Source: Thermoplasmata archaeon
GTDB lineage: Archaea > Thermoplasmatota > Thermoplasmata > Lutacidiplasmatales > UBA184
Direction of reading: 5' to 3'
DNA: 64,000 nt
Assembly (NCBI GenBank): GCA_022750055.1
Contig: JAKIWL010000002.1
Location: 341,042 to 405,041, forward strand
Below are positions 55,685 to 64,000 of this stretch, piece after piece (the stretch's first letter is position 1; each line of letters opens with the position of its first letter). Below the pieces are notes generated by a model. It saw nothing but the letters and a program-made list of their open reading frames with translations, was not told the DNA's origin and did no database searches. Made by a program: the position numbers and the translations under genes.

Positions 55685-58255
55685 GTTAGCGAGCGGGTCG
55701 GCGGGCGCCGCGGGGCCCCCTTCGTCGACGAGTTCCGACGCACCCGCGATCTTGCGGACCCGTACGACGCGGTCCGCGATGCCGTTCAACGCCGCCTCGT
55801 GCGAGACCAGGATCACCTGCGGGACGCCGAGCTCACGGAGGAGCTCCCCCATTCGTTGGACCTGCTCCGGAGAGAATCCATCGGTGGGCTCGTCGAGGAT
55901 CAGGGTCGAGAGATGGAGGCGGTCGAGGGACCGGACCACATCCCCGAGGGCCAACCGGAAAGCGAGGGCGAGCGCGGTCCGCTCGCCTCCGCTCAACGCT
56001 TCGGCCGGGGTCAGCTCGCCGTCGATCTCGACGGACGGGTTGAACTGCGGGTCGGACCGGGCCACGAACGATGGGTCTTCGATGAGCGCCGCGAAGTACC
56101 GTCCGAAGCTCCGGTCGAACTCGACCTTGGCGCGCGCGAGGAGTCGGTGCTCGAGCTCGAGCATGGCATCCCGGAACGGACCGGTGAGGAATCCGGCGAC
56201 GGCCTGGACCTCCTGGGCGGAGTCGCGGAGGCGCTCCCGTTCGCGCACCCGTGCCCGCGCGACCGCGATCCGTCGACGAGCGGACTCGCTTTCGCTTTCG
56301 GCGCGATGCTGCCGACCCACCCAGGACTCGACCGTCAAGCGCGCGGACTCTAGCTCCCGCGCGCACGAGGTCAGCTCGAGCTCGACCGCGACCGCCCCCT
56401 CCTGGGAACGAGACAGCTCCTGCTGGCGAAGCGACCACTCTTTCGCGCGAGCGTGGTCGACCTCCGTGTCGACTCGCAGTTGGACGATCTCCTGCCGAAG
56501 CGATTCGAGGGTCTCGGTCCGCAACCCCAGCTCGCGCAGGGATCGATCCGCACCCGTCAGCTCCGACGACAGCCGCTCTTGGTCGGAGGCGGCCGTCCGG
56601 AGTCGCTCCTGGGCCCCTCGAAGCTCCTCCATCCGTGGGGTCAATCGGCCGACCGTCGATTCCGTCTCGAGGAGCTCACGCTCCGTGGCAGCAAGGGACG
56701 CCTCCCGTCGGTGTATCTCCTCCAGGATCCGGACCTCTTCGGAGCGCGCCTGCCGACGGCGTTGGTCGACTGCCTCCCAAGCGAGGCGGCCCCGTTCGTA
56801 GGATTCCCGGGTCGCGCGCTCTTCGGAGAGCGCCTCGCGGGATCGTATCGCCTCGCGGTACTCTTCCCTCGCATCGTCCAGGGCGGCGGCCACTTCGGCC
56901 CGGTGGACGTGGAAGGCCGATGCCGTTACGGCCTGACCACACTGGGGGCAGATCCCCCGGGCGATTAGGTCGTCCGTTTCGGCGAGCGACCGTTCGAGCC
57001 GGTGGAGATCCCCCGCTCGGGCCTCCGACACGGAGACCGCCCCGGTCCACGCCGAATCGACCTCGGCGATGGAGCGTGTCGTGGGCTCTACGGGGGGATC
57101 TCGCGGCGATTCCGCCTCGGACCGGGCGAGTGCCGCCGAGGCCCGTGCGCGCTCGGCGAGGGCTCGGTCGAGAGATTCCCGGTCTTGGACCCGACGCGCT
57201 TGGGCGTCACGCCGACGAGCCTCGGCCACGTCGAGTTCGCGCAGGTTTGCCTGACCCCGGCCCACCGTCTCGGTGAGCTCGGCCACGGCGCGACGCGCGA
57301 ATTCGGTCCGAACGCGCAGCGCCTCCACCTCCTTCGAGGCCTCCTTGAGTCGCCCGACCTCGTTGACCATCGAGTGCTCCTTCGCGAGCGCGACCGATAG
57401 CCGCTCGGCCCGGGTCCGCATGGTGAGGTCGAGCTCCTTCGTGCGCGCCTCGAGCTCATGGAGCTCCCGCCGATCACCTTCGAGGCGTCGAGCCCGAGCC
57501 TGCGCGGCATCGAGACGAGCCGAGATCTCAGCGACCTTGCGACGTCCGTCGGCCTCGCCTCGATCTGAGTCGGCGCGCGCCCGCTCCGCGCTGCGCAGGG
57601 CCTCCTCGCCTTCGAGAAGGTCGGTCTCGCTCTGTCGAAGCGCTTCGGCTTGCTCGAGCTGTTGAGCCGAATCCCGCCGGAGGTCGTGGGCGACGAGCTT
57701 TGCGTTCTCGGCGGCAGCTCGATACCGCTCGAGTCCGAGCGCCTTTCGGACGGTTTCGAGTCGCGCGTCGCTGTCGTCGCTCTCGAGGATCTGGCGCATT
57801 CGCTCCTGCGGAACATAGACGGCCCATCGCCACAGGTCGGAGTGCGCGCGCGGATTGGGGTTGTCCGGAAAACCGAGCAGGTCGATCGCCCGTTGCCGGA
57901 GCTCGGTGGCCGGGTACCGGGTCATCGCCCCGTCCGTGGATAGTCCCGTCCCCTTCTCGTCCGTCTCGAAGAGGTCCCGCCCCCGGCGCATCCGACGGTG
58001 GAAGCGGCGAGTGAACACGTAGACGTGGGCGTCGTCGGCGATCGTCAGGCTCACTTCGGCCGTGCTCGCTCGATGTCGGATGAGGTGGGCCGGATCGACC
58101 TCTGAGAATCCGAAGAGGGCCATCTCGATGGCGTGCAAGAGCGAGGTCTTGCCCGCACCGACGTCCCCCCACAGGAGGCTCGTTCCAGGACCCAGGGTGA
58201 GGTTCGCCGATTCGAAGCTGCGGATGTTCCGGACGCGGATCCCGCGGATCTCCAT
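55673..58255 (-). CDS. rad50: DNA double-strand break repair ATPase Rad50
   Basis: N-terminal Walker A (LLWGDVGAGKTSLLHAIEMALFG), long coiled coil with zinc hook CPQCGQ, C-terminal signature LSGGERTALALAFRLAL and Walker B LILDEPTDGF. Confidence 0.9.
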   Translation of the reverse strand: MEIRGIRVRNIRSFESANLTLGPGTSLLWGDVGAGKTSLLHAIEMALFGFSEVDPAHLIRHRASTAEVSLTIADDAHVYVFTRRFHRRMRRGRDLFETDEKGTGLSTDGAMTRYPATELRQRAIDLLGFPDNPNPRAHSDLWRWAVYVPQERMRQILESDDSDARLETVRKALGLERYRAAAENAKLVAHDLRRDSAQQLEQAEALRQSETDLLEGEEALRSAERARADSDRGEADGRRKVAEISARLDAAQARARRLEGDRRELHELEARTKELDLTMRTRAERLSVALAKEHSMVNEVGRLKEASKEVEALRVRTEFARRAVAELTETVGRGQANLRELDVAEARRRDAQARRVQDRESLDRALAERARASAALARSEAESPRDPPVEPTTRSIAEVDSAWTGAVSVSEARAGDLHRLERSLAETDDLIARGICPQCGQAVTASAFHVHRAEVAAALDDAREEYREAIRSREALSEERATRESYERGRLAWEAVDQRRRQARSEEVRILEEIHRREASLAATERELLETESTVGRLTPRMEELRGAQERLRTAASDQERLSSELTGADRSLRELGLRTETLESLRQEIVQLRVDTEVDHARAKEWSLRQQELSRSQEGAVAVELELTSCARELESARLTVESWVGRQHRAESESESARRRIAVARARVRERERLRDSAQEVQAVAGFLTGPFRDAMLELEHRLLARAKVEFDRSFGRYFAALIEDPSFVARSDPQFNPSVEIDGELTPAEALSGGERTALALAFRLALGDVVRSLDRLHLSTLILDEPTDGFSPEQVQRMGELLRELGVPQVILVSHEAALNGIADRVVRVRKIAGASELVDEGGPAAPADPLANLQE

Positions 58256-58258
58256 CGC

Positions 58259-59542
58259 CTACTCCGGCGGCGCGACGCGTTGTCCCAGCGTTCGCCGGGC
58301 CGCCTCGACGCGCTGAACCTCGTAATCAACGCGCGATTCACCCTCCGAGGGCAGCCGGCCGAGTTCGTGCAGGAGCTCGCGGAGGAGTCGATTCGGGGAA
58401 CCGGAGCGCGCGAGCGAAGGGGGCAACTCCGGCTCGAGACGGGCCAGGATCTCACCCTCCAGGCCCTCGGTGGTGACGGGCGGACCGAGCGCGTCCGCCG
58501 ACACCGTCGAAAGGCCGGTGACATCCCAATGGATCGCCCCCCCCTCCTCGACGTTTCCTCGGGGTCCCGACCGACGCAGCCCCAGCATGCCGACCGACCC
58601 GTCTGAGAGGGTGCCATGGACGCGGGGGAACAGGAGGGCACCGGGAGCCTCCCGACGCTCAATCTCCTCTTCGAGTCGCTTCTTCGCCGCCGCCGCGCTC
58701 TCCCCCGTAACGTCGATGTCGAACACTTGCAGGTCCTTCGGAGCGGTGTCGACGAACTCCGCCCGGGGGATCCCATCTTGGACCGTTACGATGACGACGC
58801 CCTGGTGGGTCCGACCTCGTGCCGCGTTCTCGACGTCCGTGGTCGAGGTGCCGAAGACGGCGCCCGGGTTGACGAGGAGGCCCGATCCGTTGGGACCGGT
58901 CCCTTCGTAGCTGACGTGAATGTGGCCCCCGGCGTAGTAGTCGCAGCCGCTGGGGAGGTCCTCCTTGGAGATCCCCTGAATATGCGCCTGCATCGAGGGT
59001 GGCAGGTACTCATTCACCGCCGCGTGGAACTGAAAGATCTTGAAGCCGGGCTCGGCGCGGAACGATTCCGAGTCGACCGCCAGGAAATACCCCCGATCGA
59101 GCCCTTGGGCGCGACCGGAGATCCCTGCGATCCGGCAGCCGGTCGGCGGGTCGACCAGGAACGGGAGCGTGAAGCGGTCCCCCTCCGAGCGGACCGGTGG
59201 TGGGGCGGCCCGCAGGAAGAGCCCAGACTCGGCGAGGACATCGAGCCAGCTGGTCCGATGGGCCACGTAGTCGTGGGAGCCGTAGATGACGTAGATCCGG
59301 CGTCCCCGGTCCGCGAGCTTTCGAAGGGCCGCCGCGATGGGGGCGACCTCGACGGGGTCGGGGACGGGGGTATGGAATAGGTCGCCCGAGATGAGGAGGA
59401 ACTGACAGTCGCGTTCGTCGACGACCGTGAACGTACGCAGGAGCGTTTCGCGAAGGGCTCGACGGATCGCCGGCTCCCTCGGCCAGGCTCCGACGTGCGC
59501 GTCAGCCAGATGGGCGAAGACGAAGTTCGTGCTCGGCCTCAT
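58259..59542 (-). CDS. mre11: DNA repair nuclease Mre11 (calcineurin-like phosphoesterase)
   Basis: FAHLADAHVG...LLISGDLFH...IYGSHD...GGHIH phosphoesterase motifs I-V; its stop is 4 nt before the rad50 start. Confidence 0.85.
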   Translation of the reverse strand: MRPSTNFVFAHLADAHVGAWPREPAIRRALRETLLRTFTVVDERDCQFLLISGDLFHTPVPDPVEVAPIAAALRKLADRGRRIYVIYGSHDYVAHRTSWLDVLAESGLFLRAAPPPVRSEGDRFTLPFLVDPPTGCRIAGISGRAQGLDRGYFLAVDSESFRAEPGFKIFQFHAAVNEYLPPSMQAHIQGISKEDLPSGCDYYAGGHIHVSYEGTGPNGSGLLVNPGAVFGTSTTDVENAARGRTHQGVVIVTVQDGIPRAEFVDTAPKDLQVFDIDVTGESAAAAKKRLEEEIERREAPGALLFPRVHGTLSDGSVGMLGLRRSGPRGNVEEGGAIHWDVTGLSTVSADALGPPVTTEGLEGEILARLEPELPPSLARSGSPNRLLRELLHELGRLPSEGESRVDYEVQRVEAARRTLGQRVAPPE

Positions 59543-59551
59543 CAGAGCGCG

Positions 59552-59926
59552 TCACTTCGGCCCGAGGGCCCGAGGGCCTTCCGCACTCCGCTTGAGGATC
59601 GCGGCGAGCAATCCGGCCCCGGCGCCGAGCGCGAGGAGGCCGAGGGCAACATCCTCATCCCGCATCGGGATCGTGATCGGGGTCCCCCCAGGCGGGGGGG
59701 GGGCCATCGTTCGACCTCCCCCGCGTGGCGGCGGGGGGAGGGTCGCCTGTCGGACAGCCTGGGCCGCCGTCGCCAGGGAATCCTGCATGAGCCCGAAGAG
59801 CTCGGTCGCCTCCTCCATCGTGATCTGTCGGTTCCGGAGTCTCGCTACGAGGTAGCCGTACCGAGGGCTCGAAGGGAGAAAGACCGCGGGGACCACGGCC
59901 GGCGTAGAGACTGGGATATCGTCCAC
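59552..59926 (-). CDS. Hypothetical small protein (P-rich linker plus C-terminal hydrophobic helix) upstream of mre11
   Basis: 124-aa ORF co-oriented with, and 10 nt upstream of, mre11; PPPPRGGGRTMAPPPPGG linker then LGLLALGAGAGLLAAIL. Confidence 0.35.
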   Translation of the reverse strand: MDDIPVSTPAVVPAVFLPSSPRYGYLVARLRNRQITMEEATELFGLMQDSLATAAQAVRQATLPPPPRGGGRTMAPPPPGGTPITIPMRDEDVALGLLALGAGAGLLAAILKRSAEGPRALGPK

Positions 59927-60069
59927 GTGCTCGGAGATTCATCCCACCCTATCAAGGGTTCCACAGCCGTGGACCTGCAAGGTGGGGAGGCCAGACCCGG
60001 CGGGTTTCAGAACGGCATCCTCCGTGGGCATCGATAGGGTTTAGAGGGGAGCCGGCCCGTCGCCGAGCG

Positions 60070-60438
60070 ATGGTGGACCAAACGGGTCCGGGGGAACCCC
60101 CCGCCGCGGACGATGGGAAGCATCTGCACGTTCGCGTGAAGGATTCCCGCAACGCGATCTACGACCTTATCACCGAGTACCTCCAGGCCGCCGGAAAGGC
60201 GGCCGACTGGTACTGGCGAACCGCCGGTCGGCTCGAAGGGACCGACTCGGAGAATCTGGAGGAACTCCTCGCCTCGGCGTTCGAGGCGGGAGCGTTCATC
60301 GCGCACGATCATCCGGAGGAGCTCACCTTCCGCTGGGTCGATGAGAACGAGTGCGAGCGCGAGCGGAAGGCCGACGAGCGAAGCTCGGACCGGGATGGGA
60401 CCCGCAAGGAACGCGGAACGATGAGCCACTACGCTTAG
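60070..60438 (+). CDS. Hypothetical acidic protein
   Basis: 122-aa ORF with protein-like composition (HLHVRVKDSRNAIYDLITEYLQAAGKAADWYW...); no family recognised. Confidence 0.4.
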   Translation: MVDQTGPGEPPAADDGKHLHVRVKDSRNAIYDLITEYLQAAGKAADWYWRTAGRLEGTDSENLEELLASAFEAGAFIAHDHPEELTFRWVDENECERERKADERSSDRDGTRKERGTMSHYA

Positions 60439-60465
60439 GCGGACCTCTCTCGAAGGCCGGGCCGT

Positions 60466-62604
60466 CTAGATCCCTATGACGTGGTGGGCCACGATGAGCG
60501 CGATCAGGAGGATCGAGATCGTGTTCACCACCTTGATGAGCGGGTTGATGGCCGGCCCGGCGGTGTCCTTCGTGGCATCCCCTACGGTGTCACCGACGAC
60601 GGCAGCCTTGTGGGCGTCGGAGTGCTTCCCGCCGTAGTGGCCCTCCTCGATGTACTTCTTTCCGTTGTCCCAGGCTCCGCCGCCGGTCGTCATCGTCAGG
60701 GCAAGCGGGAAGCCGGAGAGGATGACCCCGAGCAAGAGGCCGGCGAGGGCGTCCGGTCCGAGCAGGAAACCGACGACCACCGGGGTCACGACGCCCAACG
60801 CCGCGGGCACTGCGAGCTGGCGGAGCGCGACCGCGGTGACGATGTCCACGCATCGGCCGTACTCGGGCTTCGCGGTTCCCGCCATGATGCCCGGGATCTC
60901 CTTGAACTGACGACGGACCTCGAAGACGATCGCCTGGGCGGCGATGCCCACGGCGTTCATCAGGAACGACGTGAAGAAGAACGGAAGCACCCCGCCGATG
61001 ACGAGTCCAGCAACGACGAGAGGGTTGTCGATCTGAAGGTGCGCTGTGAACTGCGCCCAGGCGAGATCCGGCGAGAGATTTGGATACGCGTCGCGCGCCG
61101 CCGCGAAGGTGTAGGCCGCAAAGAGCGCGAGGGCCGCTAGGACCGCCGACCCGATCGCATACCCCTTGGTGACCGCCTTCGTGGTGTTCCCGACGGCGTC
61201 CAGTGGATCGGTCACGGCCCGCGCCTCCGGCGGGAGGTTGGCCATTTCGGCGATCCCGCCGGCGTTGTCGGTGATCGGTCCGAAGGCGTCGATCGAGATG
61301 ATCATCCCCGTTACCGCGAGCATGCTCGCCGCCGCGAGGCCGATCCCATAGAGACCGAGCTCCGCGTTGATCGTGACCGAACCCCACGCGCCCGTCCAGC
61401 CCACGGCCGCGTACGAACCGAGGATGGCGGAGACGATGACCAGCCCCGGCATCCAGGCCGATTCGAGCCCGACGGACAGCCCCGTGATGACCGTCGGTCC
61501 GCCGCCGGCTTGGGCCGCTTCGGCGATCCGGCGTACCGGCGAGTACTTCGAGGAGGTGTAGTAGTCCGTGATCACGACGATCAGGATCATGACGATGAGG
61601 CCGATCGCCGTCGCGATGAAGATCCCCGGGCTCCCGCCCATGAACTCATAATCGAGCAGGTACAGGCCGCCGAGGCCGACCGCCGTCGTGGCCCCGAGAC
61701 CCTGGTAGAGGGCCCCCATGATCGATCCGCCCGCGCGCATCCGGACGAAAGCGGCGCCGACGATCGTGGCCACGATCGCCCACGCGCACACGAGGAGAGG
61801 GTACAGGACCGCGTTCGGGAACTGCGCGGTCACGGGGGCGATGAGGTACGCGAGCAGCATCGCCGACACCGCGGTCACGACGTAGGTCTCGAACAGGTCG
61901 GCCGCCATCCCCGCGCAATCCCCGACGTTGTCGCCCACGTTATCCGCGATGACGGCCGGGTTGCGGGGGTCGTCCTCGGGGATCCCGGCCTCCACCTTGC
62001 CGACCAGGTCGGCGCCCACGTCGGCTCCCTTCGTGTAGATCCCGCCGCCGACCCGCGCGAACAGGCTCATCAACGACGCGCCGAAAAGGACCCCGACCAT
62101 CGAGAGGACGTTCCCCCCGAATCCGGCGTAGAACCCGACGAGCTCGAGGAGGGCGAGGCCGGCGACAGACATGCCCGTGACCGAGCCGCCCCGGAAGGCG
62201 TATCGCATGGTCGCGCCGAGGTCGCCCTTCCGGGCGTGGGCGGCCGTCCGAACGTTCGCCCGGACCGAGACGAGCATCCCGATCGCTCCGGCGAGCGCGC
62301 TCCCCCCCGCTCCGGCGAGGAACCCGACCGCGAGCATCCACCCGTCGTGCGCCGAGTCATACTCGAACGCAACGCCGATGAGGACCGAGAGGACCGCGGC
62401 CACGGCGAAGACGGCCGTGTACTCGCGCCGGAGGAACGCTTCCGCCCCCTCTCGGATCGCCGCGGCGATCGAGCGCATCTTCTCGTCGCCCTCCTCCTCT
62501 CGGAGGAGCAGGATGGTCTGCACCCCGGCATACGCGAGCGACAACAAGCTCGCGATCAGGATCACGAGCTCCAACTGTCCGGTCGAAAGGGCCGTCATGG
62601 TCAC
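60466..62604 (-). CDS. hppA: Membrane-bound H+-translocating pyrophosphatase
   Basis: GADLVGKVEAGIPEDDPRNPAVIADNVGDNVGDCAGMAADLFETY and VGDTVGDATKDTAGPAINPLIKV, with about 16 TM helices. Confidence 0.9.
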   Translation of the reverse strand: MTMTALSTGQLELVILIASLLSLAYAGVQTILLLREEEGDEKMRSIAAAIREGAEAFLRREYTAVFAVAAVLSVLIGVAFEYDSAHDGWMLAVGFLAGAGGSALAGAIGMLVSVRANVRTAAHARKGDLGATMRYAFRGGSVTGMSVAGLALLELVGFYAGFGGNVLSMVGVLFGASLMSLFARVGGGIYTKGADVGADLVGKVEAGIPEDDPRNPAVIADNVGDNVGDCAGMAADLFETYVVTAVSAMLLAYLIAPVTAQFPNAVLYPLLVCAWAIVATIVGAAFVRMRAGGSIMGALYQGLGATTAVGLGGLYLLDYEFMGGSPGIFIATAIGLIVMILIVVITDYYTSSKYSPVRRIAEAAQAGGGPTVITGLSVGLESAWMPGLVIVSAILGSYAAVGWTGAWGSVTINAELGLYGIGLAAASMLAVTGMIISIDAFGPITDNAGGIAEMANLPPEARAVTDPLDAVGNTTKAVTKGYAIGSAVLAALALFAAYTFAAARDAYPNLSPDLAWAQFTAHLQIDNPLVVAGLVIGGVLPFFFTSFLMNAVGIAAQAIVFEVRRQFKEIPGIMAGTAKPEYGRCVDIVTAVALRQLAVPAALGVVTPVVVGFLLGPDALAGLLLGVILSGFPLALTMTTGGGAWDNGKKYIEEGHYGGKHSDAHKAAVVGDTVGDATKDTAGPAINPLIKVVNTISILLIALIVAHHVIGI

Positions 62605-62744
62605 ATCAGTAAGGATTGAGGCGGTTCATCGAGGACGATATTAAAGCGCTCGGGTCCCAGAGGATACCGAGCTGGGCCCATTGCGTCCTCTCCCCGGGCT
62701 GTCGACGTCGCCCCGCTAGACTCCCTCTAGGCTGGGGGCCCTCG

Positions 62745-64000
62745 TCAGACCTGAGGGGGGGACCGGCGACGCCGCCCGGTCAACGCGACCAGCAACAGCA
62801 CGCCAGCCAGGACCGCGATGCCGACGCCTATCAGGGCATAGACGGTAGTCGTGCCGGAGTCTGTCCCTCCGCCTCCGCCTCCCCCTCCGGGGTTTCCGCC
62901 GGAGGAGGTCCCGGTCACCTGAATTGCGACGCTCGAGCTCGGGACCGTGATCCCGTCCGCATCCGTCACCTCCACGGAGATCGTGGCGTTTCCTGAGGTC
63001 GTGGGACGGAAGACGAAGTTGGAGCTGGCGCTCGCCGGCCCGGTCGACGCCTGGTCGATGAACCACTGGAATTGGAACGGCGGCAGCCCTCCCTCGACGG
63101 ACGTCGTGAGCTCGAGGGACCCGCCAACCGGTAGGGTCGGGATCGCGGTGCTCGAGGGATTCACCAGCGTGAGGGAGACTACGGCGAGCGGCACGACGAG
63201 CAGGGTCGTGGTGTTGTTCGCCTCCCCGCCCAGCGAATCGACAAGCCTAACCGTCACGTTGATCAAGCCGGCCGACAGCGGCGTGTAGCTGAACGACTTC
63301 GGGCACGCGGCAGAGGGCCCGATCGAAACGCCTCCTGCGAACCAGGAACACTTGTAGGGAGGAAGCCCCCCCGAGTCGGTTAGCGACAAGGCCGAGCTGT
63401 GGCTCAAGTCCATGGCCGCCGGAGTGAGGGAGACCGACAGGGCGAGGGCGGGATTCACCTTCCAGGAAACGGAGTTTGCGGGGGCGGACTGGCCGAATGA
63501 ACTCACCGCGACCACGGTCACGGCATACGCGCCAGGCGCGCTCGGACGACAGACCACGGAGGACGTGGATCCCCCGCACCCCGCGGGAAGTCCGGTCCAG
63601 ACGTAAGTGAACGGTGCCCCGAAGCCAAACGTGCGGGCGGTCAGCCGGTTCGTTTGGCCCGGATCGGTCACGGCGGCCGATTCTTGGAGCGAGGAGGCGT
63701 CGGAGTACTGGACCACGTCCGAGGTGATCGTAGCCAGGTCCGTCGAGAGGTCGCCCGGCGTCAGCTGGGCCACGATCGTGTGATTGTACCAGGCAGCAAA
63801 GGGTGTCGAGGTTTGCAGGGAGGTAAAGCGCTTGGAGGTGTTAGACCAGAAGCTCGCGATGCCGATCAGCTGAGCGGCTCCCAAGCTGATGACCTTCTCC
63901 TCGCCGACATAGGTCCCGTTCGCCGTGACGTTGTCGTTCGAATCCCATGCCTGGACCGTGCGTGGACCCGAACTGGGGACGACCGTATCGGAGAAGGTCC
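62745..64000 (-). CDS. Surface protein with PKD/Ig-like domains and a C-terminal G-rich linker plus TM anchor (5' partial; frame open to the window edge)
   Basis: C-terminus TSSGGNPGGGGGGGGTDSGTTTVYALIGVGIAVLAGVLLLVALTGRRRRS. N-x-T sequons and beta-rich repeats. No stop in frame between 63885 and 64000, so the N-terminus lies outside the window. Confidence 0.6.
   Translation of the reverse strand, partial: TFSDTVVPSSGPRTVQAWDSNDNVTANGTYVGEEKVISLGAAQLIGIASFWSNTSKRFTSLQTSTPFAAWYNHTIVAQLTPGDLSTDLATITSDVVQYSDASSLQESAAVTDPGQTNRLTARTFGFGAPFTYVWTGLPAGCGGSTSSVVCRPSAPGAYAVTVVAVSSFGQSAPANSVSWKVNPALALSVSLTPAAMDLSHSSALSLTDSGGLPPYKCSWFAGGVSIGPSAACPKSFSYTPLSAGLINVTVRLVDSLGGEANNTTTLLVVPLAVVSLTLVNPSSTAIPTLPVGGSLELTTSVEGGLPPFQFQWFIDQASTGPASASSNFVFRPTTSGNATISVEVTDADGITVPSSSVAIQVTGTSSGGNPGGGGGGGGTDSGTTTVYALIGVGIAVLAGVLLLVALTGRRRRSPPQV

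Overview
This window is a gene-dense fragment of an archaeal chromosome with very high GC (about 68–70%). Archaeal hallmarks are ABCE1, an RFC large subunit with a C-terminal PIP motif, Hjc resolvase, Mre11/Rad50, MptA-type GTP cyclohydrolase, a Dph6-like PP-loop ATPase, H+-PPase, a SAMP/E1 pair and an archaeal thiolase-DUF35 pair. Genes sit on both strands, often with 4-nt ATGA/GTGA start-stop overlaps. Rare AT-rich TATA-like islands lie about 25–35 nt upstream of many start codons, consistent with leaderless transcription.

Main blocks:
- 311–2819: a KaiC-like ATPase translationally coupled to an EVE (PUA-like) protein, divergent from an HD dNTPase-like phosphohydrolase.
- 2970–11067: a co-directional cluster of zinc-ribbon-tagged proteins. 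It contains a 1500-aa TPR protein with a C-terminal Zn ribbon, a 4-TM protein, a Zn-ribbon/helical protein, a YdjI-like SPFH protein with three C-terminal Zn ribbons, and a double-Zn-ribbon protein. I rate this the best candidate for an undescribed membrane-associated system.
- 11125–13243: an atypical P-loop NTPase and Hjc.
- 13240–19049: an acyl-CoA / beta-oxidation-like cluster with an overlapping PIN gene.
- Several heavily N-glycosylated surface proteins (two paralogs, a giant FN3-repeat protein, a kelch/PKD protein, and a partial PKD protein at the window end).
- One tRNA-Thr and an orphan urocanase.
- A sulfur/Fe-S neighbourhood: DUF59, SAMP plus MoeB-rhodanese E1, a Cys4 wHTH regulator, sufC-sufS-sufB, inverted sufD, sufU, ferredoxin and a B12-radical SAM gene.
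- No CRISPR array, rRNA, or obvious transposase/integrase was seen.
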